Shown in pieces: positions 9,700 through 18,651 of a stretch of 64,000 bases of DNA. The first letter of the stretch is position 1. The number at the start of each line of letters is the position of its first letter. Under the pieces are notes generated by a model that saw only the letters and a list, made by a program, of their open reading frames with translations, was not told the DNA's origin and searched no databases. A program made the position numbers and the translations under genes. Source of the stretch: an uncultured virus (IMG/VR IMGVR_UViG_3300033463_000107) (taxonomy: Duplodnaviria > Heunggongvirae > Uroviricota > Caudoviricetes); IMG/VR virus record IMGVR_UViG_3300033463_000107; one strand, written 5' to 3'.

Positions 9700-10152
9700 T
9701 CACCTGAACACTACTTCTCCATCTCTGAAAAACTGTTCATTCTTTGAACCGCAATGCGGACAATACCTTGATATTTTATCCTTTGGTTTTGTTATACGGT
9801 CAAATATCTTCATGTGGCATTCAGAGCAGTAAATCCCTTCATTCGCGCACATGGTCAGCACTTCCCAATGCCCTTCTTTTTCATGCCTTGGAACAACGTG
9901 CATCATGGTGTCAATGGACAGAACACAATATCCTTCTGCCAACCCGTATTCGTCTATGCCGTGATAGATATACCGCACAACCGCATCAAGTTCTTCGCCC
10001 GTATATTGTTTCCCGTCCCATTCCTTCAAGCGGAGAATGTCCCCTGTGTGATAGTCACGGTCATTCTTGCGGATTTCAAATCGCTTATCACCAAAACGGA
10101 CAGCATCGTAATACTCTGGCAGTATTTTCAACTCATGTATCGTCATTATCAT
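9700..10152 (-). CDS. DUF3850/ASCH-like protein with C-terminal zinc ribbon
   Basis: IHELKILPEYYDAVRFGDKRFEIRKNDRDY; CSEC...YCPHCG. Confidence 0.8.
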   Translation of the reverse strand: MIMTIHELKILPEYYDAVRFGDKRFEIRKNDRDYHTGDILRLKEWDGKQYTGEELDAVVRYIYHGIDEYGLAEGYCVLSIDTMMHVVPRHEKEGHWEVLTMCANEGIYCSECHMKIFDRITKPKDKISRYCPHCGSKNEQFFRDGEVVFR

Positions 10153-10426
10153 TCACCTCAAATGCTTCTGTGATTACCCCGGAAACATCACGGCAATACT
10201 GTGCAACCCACGGTGCTTCATGCTGAAAATTGTGAGGATACCCAAGCGTACACAAATCACGGATTACTTTTCTCTGTGCTTTCAGCAGATTCAGAGCATC
10301 GTCCGACCATTGTGCTATATCTTCCAGATGTTTCGCCGTGAAAAACTGCAAATCACGTTCACGGGCAAATTCTGCCCATGTGTGGATGATCTGCAAATGA
10401 GTTATTACTGTTTCCCTTTCTGCCAT
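10133..10426 (-). CDS. hypothetical protein (distant member of the DREKVIKGLE family)
   Basis: MAERETVITHL...DALNLLKAQ. Confidence 0.6.
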   Translation of the reverse strand: MAERETVITHLQIIHTWAEFARERDLQFFTAKHLEDIAQWSDDALNLLKAQRKVIRDLCTLGYPHNFQHEAPWVAQYCRDVSGVITEAFEVNDNDDT

Positions 10427-10431
10427 TCCAA

Positions 10432-10824
10432 TCACATCCTTCTGCGTAAATTGCATTGCATATTTTCCGGATGATATTCCATCACACATGACGGATAATA
10501 ATCATTGACATCTACTGTGCCTATTTTCAAAATGACGTTTGCCGTAAACGGGTTTTTAATAATCAGAATGTCGGAGTCATAGCCCATGAAAGAACTTTTA
10601 TTAGTGTGATCGCAAAATACTCTTTCAGGTTCAAATGTGTTTTTGCACGGCGTTTCAGATATTCGTAAGTCCTTCATGTAGCTTCTATATCCATCGTCTG
10701 GATCTTCTTCTGCGATATATGTCACTCCATCAAGACAGAAAAGTATATTTGTTTCCCCTTCTTTTCCTTTTGAATAATCAACCCCGGAAAACATATGCTC
10801 ACCTTTCAAGCTTTTGAGTTCCAT
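10432..10824 (-). CDS. hypothetical phage protein
   Basis: EDPDDGYRS...IGTVDVNDYYP; GGAGGG RBS. Confidence 0.7.
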   Translation of the reverse strand: MELKSLKGEHMFSGVDYSKGKEGETNILFCLDGVTYIAEEDPDDGYRSYMKDLRISETPCKNTFEPERVFCDHTNKSSFMGYDSDILIIKNPFTANVILKIGTVDVNDYYPSCVMEYHPENMQCNLRRRM

Positions 10825-10887
10825 AACCTTCCCTCCGTTCTTGCTTATATATTCATAGCCGCCTTTAAGTGTGAATCATATCTTGTT

Positions 10888-11163
10888 CTATAAGTGTGCT
10901 ACAACTCTACCGCAATGCCGACAGTAATTATCATTGATGTCTATTTGTCCACCGCAATCTCCACAAATATAGTGCCAACTTTGATAATCAAGAATTGCTT
11001 TTTCTACCTTTGGTTCAACCGCTTCCTGCTCTTTCAAAATGGCAATGGCATCGTTCAATATGCCGTAATACGAATCAAATAATTCAGCAGTGCTTGGCAA
11101 ACCATATCCAAAGAATTGTTTTATCGTTTCCAATCCTTTGATAACCTTCTCCCGGTCAATCAT
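10888..11163 (-). CDS. DREKVIKGLE-family zinc-ribbon protein
   Basis: MIDREKVIKGLE...DAIAILKEQEAVEP...CGDCG...YCRHCG. Confidence 0.7.
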   Translation of the reverse strand: MIDREKVIKGLETIKQFFGYGLPSTAELFDSYYGILNDAIAILKEQEAVEPKVEKAILDYQSWHYICGDCGGQIDINDNYCRHCGRVVAHL

Positions 11164-11193
11164 TCTGTCCACCCCATTTCGTTATTGGTCACT

Positions 11194-11418
11194 TTAAGTC
11201 ACATTGAACGAATACTGGCATTCGACTCCACGCATTATCCTGCCATCGTCAAGCTGAATCAGCGTTTCATATGGTTCTTCTCTGTCATCACGAATCACCG
11301 TTCCCATGATCCATTTTGTGGTGTCATAGTGAAAGCAGACTTTGCACCGTCTATTTACATACTCGCTTTGCTTTGGGAATCCATATGCCGTTATAGTGCT
11401 TACGCATCCCATCTCCAC
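11194..11418 (-). CDS. hypothetical phage protein
   Basis: FPKQ...VCFHYDT...IRDDREEP...LDDGR. Confidence 0.65.
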   Translation of the reverse strand: MEMGCVSTITAYGFPKQSEYVNRRCKVCFHYDTTKWIMGTVIRDDREEPYETLIQLDDGRIMRGVECQYSFNVT

Positions 11419-11451
11419 TTCTCCCCTTTTAGCGTTTATTTATTGCCGCCT

Positions 11452-11616
11452 TTAAGTCACTTCATGAACTTCTACTTCTTCAGCGTTCCACCATGAATAA
11501 ACTTCCATTCCTGCATCTTCAATTAGTTCTATCGCCCTATCTTCTGCCTGTTCCTGTGTTTCGTTTTCTTCCATCGGCATATAAATGGCCGCAACCATTC
11601 GGAACATCTTTTTCAT
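11452..11616 (-). CDS. small acidic hypothetical protein
   Basis: Start reassigned to MKKMFR to avoid overlap with the upstream gene. Confidence 0.5.
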   Translation of the reverse strand: MKKMFRMVAAIYMPMEENETQEQAEDRAIELIEDAGMEVYSWWNAEEVEVHEVT

Positions 11617-11623
11617 TCCCACT

Positions 11624-11941
11624 TCACCGACCTTCCCACAAAACAGGTCTGCCACACTCACGGCAGTATTTATCAAATTCGTTTGGGTCATGTGGGTCAT
11701 TGTCCTCAAATCCAACATACGAGCCACATTTTCCACACAACCATATCCGACCTGTTTGTTCGTCAAGCACAGGTTTCACCGCTTCCTGCTCTTTCAGCAG
11801 GGCAAGGGCATCACGCATAACTCCAGATCCCCACGGATTGTCAATATCCGGATCGAAGCATTCTTCTTCATACGGGCATCCATTGCAGTATTCGTCCGCA
11901 AGACACATCTCCAACCCTTTGATAACCTTCTCCCTATCCAT
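11624..11941 (-). CDS. DREKVIKGLE-family zinc-ribbon protein
   Basis: MDREKVIKGLEMC...DALALLKEQEAVKP...CGKCG...YCRECG. Confidence 0.7.
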   Translation of the reverse strand: MDREKVIKGLEMCLADEYCNGCPYEEECFDPDIDNPWGSGVMRDALALLKEQEAVKPVLDEQTGRIWLCGKCGSYVGFEDNDPHDPNEFDKYCRECGRPVLWEGR

Positions 11942-11969
11942 TCTCTTCACCGACCTTCCTGCCTTTAAA

Positions 11970-12317
11970 TCAATTCCACGGTTTTACGACATTAAGTACA
12001 GCCTCAATTTCTTTTACATCCATAGCTTCTTCATCTTCAGCAATTGGAATATAATCACCATAATAATTGAACTTTAAATAGCCATCTGAAATTAACTTTT
12101 GTGTTATTTCCCTTACCATGTCAGACTTGGCATATTCAAGAAATTCTTTTAAGTCTTTGATATATTCTGGAACAATGTTTCGTATTTTTAGTGTTTCAAT
12201 CTTTCGCTCACATTTTGCAAACCGAACAGGTTTTAATAGTCTTTGTTCTGCAATAATCCTTCTTTTGATTTCCCTGTATAACCTGTTTTGATTGCGCTTG
12301 TATGATTTTTTACTCAT
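11970..12317 (-). CDS. hypothetical protein (first gene after the recombinase, AT-rich)
   Basis: ORF with AAGGTG RBS. Confidence 0.65.
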   Translation of the reverse strand: MSKKSYKRNQNRLYREIKRRIIAEQRLLKPVRFAKCERKIETLKIRNIVPEYIKDLKEFLEYAKSDMVREITQKLISDGYLKFNYYGDYIPIAEDEEAMDVKEIEAVLNVVKPWN

Positions 12318-12371
12318 ACTTCACCTTCTAACTTAAATATTCATATTACAATCAATCTTGTACAACTACAC

Positions 12372-13355
12372 TTACGCATACCGCCTGTAGTCGTGCCGCA
12401 TATCGTCATCGTTAATGTTAACATAGGTCATGGTCGTATCCAGGCTTTCGTGTCCGAGGTAATGACTCACCTCGTGAATCGGCATTCCACGTCTGGCCAT
12501 TTCCGTAGCAAGTGTCCTTCTGAACTTATGCGGGTGGCAGTGCTGCACCCCAGCAATCTTCGCCAGCGTTTTCAGCATGATTCTGACACCACCTGATTCA
12601 AGTCTTTCCTTGCGTTTTCCGATAAACAGCGCTTCGTTATCGTCATTCCTGCTTGCAAGATACTTTTCCAATAGCATTCCGGTCACCGAATCAATGAACA
12701 CGGTACGTTCCTTATTCCCTTTGCCATGCACGACGCATTCCAATGTCCGGAGATTCACTGTATCCCTGTTCAGTCCAGTCATTTCCGAAACGCGGCATCC
12801 GGTAGAAGCAAGAAAATGAATAATTGCTTTGTCACGGATACTTTTGCAGCTTTGGTTCAGCCGTTCCATTTCGATATCCGTATAGATCAATTTATTTTTC
12901 TTCGCCACCTTGATGACGCCGACATTGGTGATCGGATTTTTTTCGATCAGACTTTCCCTGAACAGCCACCCGAAGTAACTGGACAGCACCTGTCTGCATC
13001 CTTCCAATGTAGAGTCCGCAATGCCGCGTTGTTTCTCTGCCTGAAGCCAGTTCCGAACGTGGTATACATTCACCTTCCGCGTATGCACGTTTGCAAACTT
13101 CATAAACCGCCTGATAATGTACACGTATCTATCAATGGTTTTCGGACTTTTGCCCTGTATCTGCATAGCCGCTACAAATGAATCCAGCAGGTCGTCCGTC
13201 GTGTCGTCACAGTCGAAAAATCTTTCCCGCATATCAAACGTTTCCAGAACATCACTGATAATTTCAAGACAGGCTCCCATGTCCGTAGCGGTCAGTTTGT
13301 CTGAAAACCTCCTCTCCAACTGCCCAAGAAATGATACTTTTGCGTCAATAGCCAT
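12372..13355 (-). CDS. XerD-like tyrosine recombinase (separate from the attP integrase)
   Basis: STGCRVSE, GKGNKER, HPHKFRR, LGH...TTMTY: complete R-K-H-R-H-Y set plus N-terminal core-binding domain. Confidence 0.92.
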   Translation of the reverse strand: MAIDAKVSFLGQLERRFSDKLTATDMGACLEIISDVLETFDMRERFFDCDDTTDDLLDSFVAAMQIQGKSPKTIDRYVYIIRRFMKFANVHTRKVNVYHVRNWLQAEKQRGIADSTLEGCRQVLSSYFGWLFRESLIEKNPITNVGVIKVAKKNKLIYTDIEMERLNQSCKSIRDKAIIHFLASTGCRVSEMTGLNRDTVNLRTLECVVHGKGNKERTVFIDSVTGMLLEKYLASRNDDNEALFIGKRKERLESGGVRIMLKTLAKIAGVQHCHPHKFRRTLATEMARRGMPIHEVSHYLGHESLDTTMTYVNINDDDMRHDYRRYA

Positions 13356-13394
13356 ACGTTTATCTGCCTCCCAGTATTTTTTTTTGTTATTTTT

Positions 13395-13595
13395 TTATCC
13401 AGCCGCCACAATGTGTTGGTGCATGCATGATTCAATTTTCCCGATAATTTCTTCAGGATATCCTTTTACGTAAATGGCGGATCCTTCAAACCCAATAGAT
13501 GTGCTTCCAAGCGAATCCCCCATCACGTATTTGATCTTCTCCGGATTAATGTAAATTTTGTCACCCTGCTTCCCTTCAAACTTAATAAGCAGCAT
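13395..13595 (-). CDS. small FlbD-like hypothetical protein
   Basis: IYINPEKIKYV...IYVKG.PEEI. Confidence 0.5.
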   Translation of the reverse strand: MLLIKFEGKQGDKIYINPEKIKYVMGDSLGSTSIGFEGSAIYVKGYPEEIIGKIESCMHQHIVAAG

Positions 13596-14995
13596 CAAAC
13601 GAACCCCCTTATGTCTGCTTCCATCTTCCTGTAGCTTCTGCACCGTTCTCTGTATGCGCGTTCACAGTATCCAATTTCCTTGTCCACAAAGTCGATTACC
13701 ACCGGCGTTTCTTTCCCTTCGGCCGTCCGACGGATTCTTCCGACCGCCTGTGTTATTACGCTGCTGAACTTGGCAGGACTTGCCAGAAACAGTCTGTCCA
13801 GAACCGGAACATCCAGTCCTTCCTTTGCCAGCGAATAGGATGCGAATAAGTACTTCTTCTTCCCTGTCCGCATGTCCTCAATCGCCTGTTCCCGTTCTGA
13901 TTTTGCTTTTTTACTCTGCATCTTCCCGTTTATGAACGCGCTTTCTTCCTGCATCTCGTACGGGAGCAATGCGCGGATCGTTTCCAGCTGGTTCAGTCTT
14001 TCCGACAGGATCAGACAACTGTGTCCCTTGTTTTCCATAATTGCCCGTGCAATCTGCTTGTTCCGGTTGTCATGCGTTGTCAGGTATTCAATCAGCTTTA
14101 CGTAGTTGATTGTTCCGTCGTCGTTCAGGCACATGTCCTCGTCCAGTTCAATGCCGGTGTTTACAGCCTTCACCATCACGCCCATGACTCTGTCCGCCAC
14201 GGATTCTTCCGGAACCTCGTACGCCACCTTCCCAATCAGCGCAAACGTGGCTTTAATCAGTCCGTCGCTTCGCGCTGGTGTTGCAGTCAATCCGATCTTA
14301 TGACGCGCGGAAAGGTGGTTCAGGACCTTCTCGTAGCGCGTGAATGATGTTGCGGAACTGCTGGCGCGATGACATTCGTCCACAATGACGACGTCCCAAT
14401 AATCCCTGTACTGGGACAGCTCCAGATTCGCCATCGTCTGAACCGTAGCAAACGTGACGCCGACGCCAACGTTCACCTTACCCTCCGTAATGGTTCCGAT
14501 CAGGCTTTCGTCCATGTACCGTAATGCCCTGTCGCGGCTCTGGTTCAGCAGGTCTGCCGTATGACATAGCCACAACGCGCGGCGCCGGAACGCTTTGATC
14601 AGGGCGATCCCCATCTGCGTTTTCCCACTTCCGGTCGTTGCCTTCAGAATTCCGTACCGCGCTTCCATCATCTTCAGCACGGCTTCCTTCTGATAGTCGT
14701 ACAGTCCCATGTCCTTGCTGCCGTAGTCAATGACGTTATCCTGTCTGAAATCCGTGTACAGCGTGGTTCCTTTCAGTAGCGGCATGATTTCCCGACAGAC
14801 TCCGAACGGAAGGATCAGCGTGTTCCCGTTCCACTCATATAACCGTAGTTCCTTTGGTGTCCTACCAAGCCAGAACCCCATCCGTTGTTTCTTTTCGTAT
14901 TCCGGATTCGGGAACCGCAGGTTCTCTTTCACCCAGTCAATCACATCGTCTGACGGATCTTCTATATATATCCTGTTCGCAATTGTTGTATTCAT
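13595..14995 (-). CDS. SF2 DEAD/DEAH-box helicase
   Basis: LYDYQ, TGSGKT, VDECH, GLTAT, EGLD, QAVGRIRR. Confidence 0.92.
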   Translation of the reverse strand: MNTTIANRIYIEDPSDDVIDWVKENLRFPNPEYEKKQRMGFWLGRTPKELRLYEWNGNTLILPFGVCREIMPLLKGTTLYTDFRQDNVIDYGSKDMGLYDYQKEAVLKMMEARYGILKATTGSGKTQMGIALIKAFRRRALWLCHTADLLNQSRDRALRYMDESLIGTITEGKVNVGVGVTFATVQTMANLELSQYRDYWDVVIVDECHRASSSATSFTRYEKVLNHLSARHKIGLTATPARSDGLIKATFALIGKVAYEVPEESVADRVMGVMVKAVNTGIELDEDMCLNDDGTINYVKLIEYLTTHDNRNKQIARAIMENKGHSCLILSERLNQLETIRALLPYEMQEESAFINGKMQSKKAKSEREQAIEDMRTGKKKYLFASYSLAKEGLDVPVLDRLFLASPAKFSSVITQAVGRIRRTAEGKETPVVIDFVDKEIGYCERAYRERCRSYRKMEADIRGFV

Positions 14996-15429
14996 ACATC
15001 CTCCGACCAGTCGTCCGTCGCTTCCAGCCACTTTTCCAAACTCCACGTCTGCGTGTTCCGGATTTCATGTTCCGTGATTCGCTTCTTCCCGCGTCCTTTC
15101 AGCGTTTCCAACCGTTCCATGGACACCATCCATATCGTCTGGTCTGGAAGCCGTAGCGCGAAGTAGCAAAGTTCTCCGGCCCGTCTTTGGAACATGCGCA
15201 TGGCAAATTTCTGATTTTCTTCTATCCGGTCAAATGAAAATCCCTTGTCGTCGCTGATGACCTTGCAGTCAATCAGCGTATGGAACTTTCCCTTCACGGC
15301 GATAATGTCTGCAGGCTGACCACTTTTATTCTGCTGCAGCACATGTACCCAAAACCCACGTTCTGCCAGCGAATGACTTAACTCCTGTTCAAACCTTCCC
15401 CCATTACTTCTATTGTCAGTTTTCTGCAT
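14992..15429 (-). CDS. Holliday-junction resolvase-like PD-(D/E)xK nuclease
   Basis: GGRFEQEL...PADII...LIDCK. Confidence 0.7.
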   Translation of the reverse strand: MQKTDNRSNGGRFEQELSHSLAERGFWVHVLQQNKSGQPADIIAVKGKFHTLIDCKVISDDKGFSFDRIEENQKFAMRMFQRRAGELCYFALRLPDQTIWMVSMERLETLKGRGKKRITEHEIRNTQTWSLEKWLEATDDWSEDV

Positions 15430-15498
15430 AGGATCTCTCCTTCTTTATAGACTCCGGATGCCGGTCACAGCCGGTGCTTAATCCGGAGGAAACGCTAC

Positions 15499-15876
15499 TT
15501 AAAACGGCAGTTCGTCCGGATTCGCCACGGGCGTCAGGTTGGGCTGCGCACTGCCAGCTTCTTCACCTTTTTTGCCGCTGAAATGGACATTGCTGACAAG
15601 CAGGACGATTTTGCTCCGCTTCTGTCCGTCCTGCGTCTCCCATTCTTCTGTGGTCAGTTTCCCTTCCAGAACCAGTTCCTGCCCCTTGCGGAAGTACTTT
15701 CCAAGGAATTCTGCCTGCGCAGAAAACGCCTTGCATTCAATGAACAGTTTGTTCTCCTTGTCTTTATACTTCTCGCTCCATGCCACGCGGAAGTTCGCAA
15801 CGTTGGCGCCAGAGTTTGTCGTTTTTACTTCCGGATCGGCTACCATCCTGCACTGAAGATCCAAATGATTTACCAT
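15499..15876 (-). CDS. ssb: single-stranded DNA-binding protein
   Basis: OB-fold pattern RMVADPE...KYFRKG...EGKL; acidic C-terminal DELPF. Confidence 0.92.
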   Translation of the reverse strand: MVNHLDLQCRMVADPEVKTTNSGANVANFRVAWSEKYKDKENKLFIECKAFSAQAEFLGKYFRKGQELVLEGKLTTEEWETQDGQKRSKIVLLVSNVHFSGKKGEEAGSAQPNLTPVANPDELPF

Positions 15877-15889
15877 GATTTTGTCCCCC

Positions 15890-16528
15890 TTATTCTTCTG
15901 CTTCCGCCATTAACTGGGCGGCAATGTCGTTTTCATGTTCCTCTACCTTGGCTTTGGAACTGTTTTCTTTGGCTTCCAGCGCGGCTTTGGCTTTCTGACC
16001 GCACTCCACACACAGGCACTTCCCATACTTCTGCTTCGTGTTGGCGGCGATCTGCTCTGCCGTGAATCCGCTGATACCGGCAATGTCCTTGCCGCACTCC
16101 GCGCACTTCGGCGCTTTATACGCCTTGCCTTCCTTCGGAATGAAGTCCCGAATGCGGATACCGTCCGTCATCTCCCCGTTGGCAGGATTCCGGACATTGT
16201 GTTCAATGAACAGCTGTACCTTCTTCCCTTCCAGCGCGGAAGCCGTCACCTGCTTATACAGTTTCTTCAGCGTCTGCCGGTTGGTGGAGTTGACGATCAT
16301 GGGACGCACGTCTCCGATGACACCGTTCGCCTTCTCTTCGTTGAAGACGATCACGTTCTTAACTTCCTTGCCACGGGACAGGGTTACCTTGCCCCTGTAC
16401 AGGTTTTTGATTGTCAGGACAGGCTCCACATTGGAATCCAAATCGTCTGCGCCGAGATACTCGGAATCGCGGGGAAGGGGTTCGTCGCCCTGAAGTGGTC
16501 TGAGATGTTCCAGATCTTTCGTAATCAT
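15890..16528 (-). CDS. putative ssDNA-annealing/recombination protein with Zn finger
   Basis: Position between exonuclease and SSB; YLGADDL...NSTN...GIRIR; CAECG...CLCVEC. Confidence 0.5.
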   Translation of the reverse strand: MITKDLEHLRPLQGDEPLPRDSEYLGADDLDSNVEPVLTIKNLYRGKVTLSRGKEVKNVIVFNEEKANGVIGDVRPMIVNSTNRQTLKKLYKQVTASALEGKKVQLFIEHNVRNPANGEMTDGIRIRDFIPKEGKAYKAPKCAECGKDIAGISGFTAEQIAANTKQKYGKCLCVECGQKAKAALEAKENSSKAKVEEHENDIAAQLMAEAEE

Positions 16529-17346
16529 ATGTTCTTCTCCTTCGCAAAATATTTCGTGGCATACCAGCCGTATTTTTGGATATTACTGTTCATCCACTCT
16601 GTTTTTATTGAAAACTTCTTCTTTGCACCTTTGTTGTAAACCGCAGAAAGTGAGTCCATTGCGTTTTTTACATTTGAAAATGCAGGGAAATCATTTGATG
16701 TTCCAAGTTTGTTGTATTGATCTATAAGCCTTTTTCTATCAAGACCATCAATGGTGTATGCAAACATTGCCGCGATCAAAATGTCTTCCTTATGTCCTTT
16801 TTCTTTCGGAAGGTTTACAAGAAACAACTCTGCGTAATTTAGCAGTTCGTCAGCATACTTGTGCAGTTCGTCATTAATTTTCAGATTGCCCTTTTTGATA
16901 CTTTCAGTATATGCACCGACACCGCCCTGAACTCTTCCTGAAACCGCATACAGTATTGTTCTGTTTCCCATCTTGCTGTGTTTTTCCATTAAATCATTCA
17001 AAAGGACATAGTTATAATTGTTTTCTGCAATGTAGCTATTGACAAAGTCCTGAAGTTCCCACGGTTTTGATCCCTGATTAAGTGCCTGACATTCCCTGCG
17101 TCCAAGTCCTTCTTTGATTGTGTAGTAGAACGGGAGTGAACGATCCTTGAAAACAAAGTACCGTCCGCCACCATCAATGATTTCAAACTTTTCATTTACT
17201 ATTGCTGGATTGTAGATCTGACCATATTCTTCTACATTCTTGGCTATCTTTTTTGCCCGTTGTTTTGTCAGTGTTCTGTTTCCTTCAACAAGTTTAAATT
17301 TGTCATAATCATAAGTTTCATATACATAACCAACAATTTTATCCAT
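16525..17346 (-). CDS. ParB-like N-terminal domain protein (AT-rich insertion)
   Basis: GNR...PAIVNEKFEIIDGGGR. Confidence 0.6.
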   Translation of the reverse strand: MDKIVGYVYETYDYDKFKLVEGNRTLTKQRAKKIAKNVEEYGQIYNPAIVNEKFEIIDGGGRYFVFKDRSLPFYYTIKEGLGRRECQALNQGSKPWELQDFVNSYIAENNYNYVLLNDLMEKHSKMGNRTILYAVSGRVQGGVGAYTESIKKGNLKINDELHKYADELLNYAELFLVNLPKEKGHKEDILIAAMFAYTIDGLDRKRLIDQYNKLGTSNDFPAFSNVKNAMDSLSAVYNKGAKKKFSIKTEWMNSNIQKYGWYATKYFAKEKNI

Positions 17347-17445
17347 TCAGCATATCCTTTCTCGGTACAAACCGTCTTTTCAAAGTGTCGAATGTAGAAT
17401 AAACAGTCATCGTTGCATATGGATCGTCACGCGGTTTATGGAACA

Positions 17446-18261
17446 TCAAACTTCGTCCTCCATCTCCCGTTCCTTCCATCCAGGAACAAACGCGTCGTTC
17501 GGAACGTTTCCGTTCAGGTAGCCAGGCCATACATCCAGCATCTTGCACTGGTGCATCTTGTCCAGCAGCTCATGGAACTTCGCCAGCCCTGCGTTCATGA
17601 CTTCCTCGCTGACCTCGATCACGTTCACGCTGTAAGGCGGTTTCTTTTCCTGTGCCACGAACAAGAACCCGGGCATCTTCTTCAGTTTCTTTGCAATCTT
17701 CACACCCTCGCAGTACATACCGGCCTGAAAGTAATATCCCAGCTTCCAGATATCGCTGTTGAACCGGAAGGTTTCCGCCGTCTGCGTGGTCTTGTAGTCA
17801 ATCACGTACCAGCGACGGTTAAACTTCACAAGCCTGTCCACTTTAATCTTGCACGGTTCCTTCGTTTCCGGATCTGTCCAGAAGAAAGCCGATTCCGTTT
17901 CGCCTTTTCCGCAGATCAGCTTTTTTGCCAGCGGACAACGCATAATGGCTTCACGCATTTCGCTCATAGTGTCATAGTCTTCCTGACTAATAATCGTCTT
18001 GCCGTCATTCTCTGCGCTGAACGTTTCCCACGCAGCCTTGCCTTCCTTCGTCCGCTTGTCGATCTGCGGCGCCACCGCATACTCGTCGCCAAAGTCATTG
18101 TTTTCAAGGATGAACTTGTGGCAGGCGCTTCCAAACGCCATCGCCGGTGTCTGTTCCATCGGGTGGTCGAGGTAGTACTTGAACTTTTCCGGCGAGTCCT
18201 CCATCTTCCACAGATCACTTCTGCGGACACCTTCTGCGCTGTTGTATTCGTTCTCATTCAT
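17446..18261 (-). CDS. RecE/exonuclease VIII-like PD-(D/E)xK nuclease (DUF3799-like)
   Basis: AMAFGSACH...CKIKVD...IDYKT...YYFQAGMY. Confidence 0.85.
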   Translation of the reverse strand: MNENEYNSAEGVRRSDLWKMEDSPEKFKYYLDHPMEQTPAMAFGSACHKFILENNDFGDEYAVAPQIDKRTKEGKAAWETFSAENDGKTIISQEDYDTMSEMREAIMRCPLAKKLICGKGETESAFFWTDPETKEPCKIKVDRLVKFNRRWYVIDYKTTQTAETFRFNSDIWKLGYYFQAGMYCEGVKIAKKLKKMPGFLFVAQEKKPPYSVNVIEVSEEVMNAGLAKFHELLDKMHQCKMLDVWPGYLNGNVPNDAFVPGWKEREMEDEV

Positions 18262-18408
18262 TTTTCGTTTTCTCCTCCAGTTTTTTAAGTTCTCTTTCCA
18301 GTTCTTCTGAAGTCACGTTCAGTTGGATTGCGTTGCGTTCCGCATACCAATGAATAAACATCACTGTTCCGACGGCACCAGCAATCATTCCAGCAAGGAA
18401 ATACCAGA

Positions 18409-18612
18409 TCATTCCTCTCCATCATCCTCCTGTTCCATCCGCATCAGTTCTTCCAGTGACATGTTGCCGTACTTCTTCAGCCATTCCGCCGCCTCATTCG
18501 CCTTGTCATGCTCTGCTTTCAGCCGCATAGATTCAAGAAAAATGTGCGTGTACAGGGCCAGTTCAATCTCCGAACCTTCGGCAACAATGATGTCGAACAC
18601 TTTCAGCTTCAT
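18409..18612 (-). CDS. hypothetical protein
   Basis: ORF with AAGGA RBS. Confidence 0.55.
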   Translation of the reverse strand: MKLKVFDIIVAEGSEIELALYTHIFLESMRLKAEHDKANEAAEWLKKYGNMSLEELMRMEQEDDGEE

Positions 18613-18651
18613 CTGTTTTTCACATCCTTTTGCTACGTTTCGTGGTTAAAA

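Larger units (their letters stand above)
3524..11970 (-). repeat. dispersed ~20-bp gene-junction repeat A(C/T)TTAAA-GGCGGC-(A/T)AT..., 10 copies
   Basis: Copies at 3524-3543, 3737-3756, 6908-6927, 7638-7657, 9175-9194, 9681-9700, 10851-10870, 11180-11199, 11438-11457, 11951-11970; all in the same orientation, at or just after stop codons. Confidence 0.85.

Noticed and set aside
3524..11970. CRISPR array or classical integron attC sites
   Set aside because: The repeats are separated by whole genes, no cas genes are present, and I saw no GTTRRRY/RYYYAAC attC hairpins or obvious IntI-specific insertion in the recombinase.
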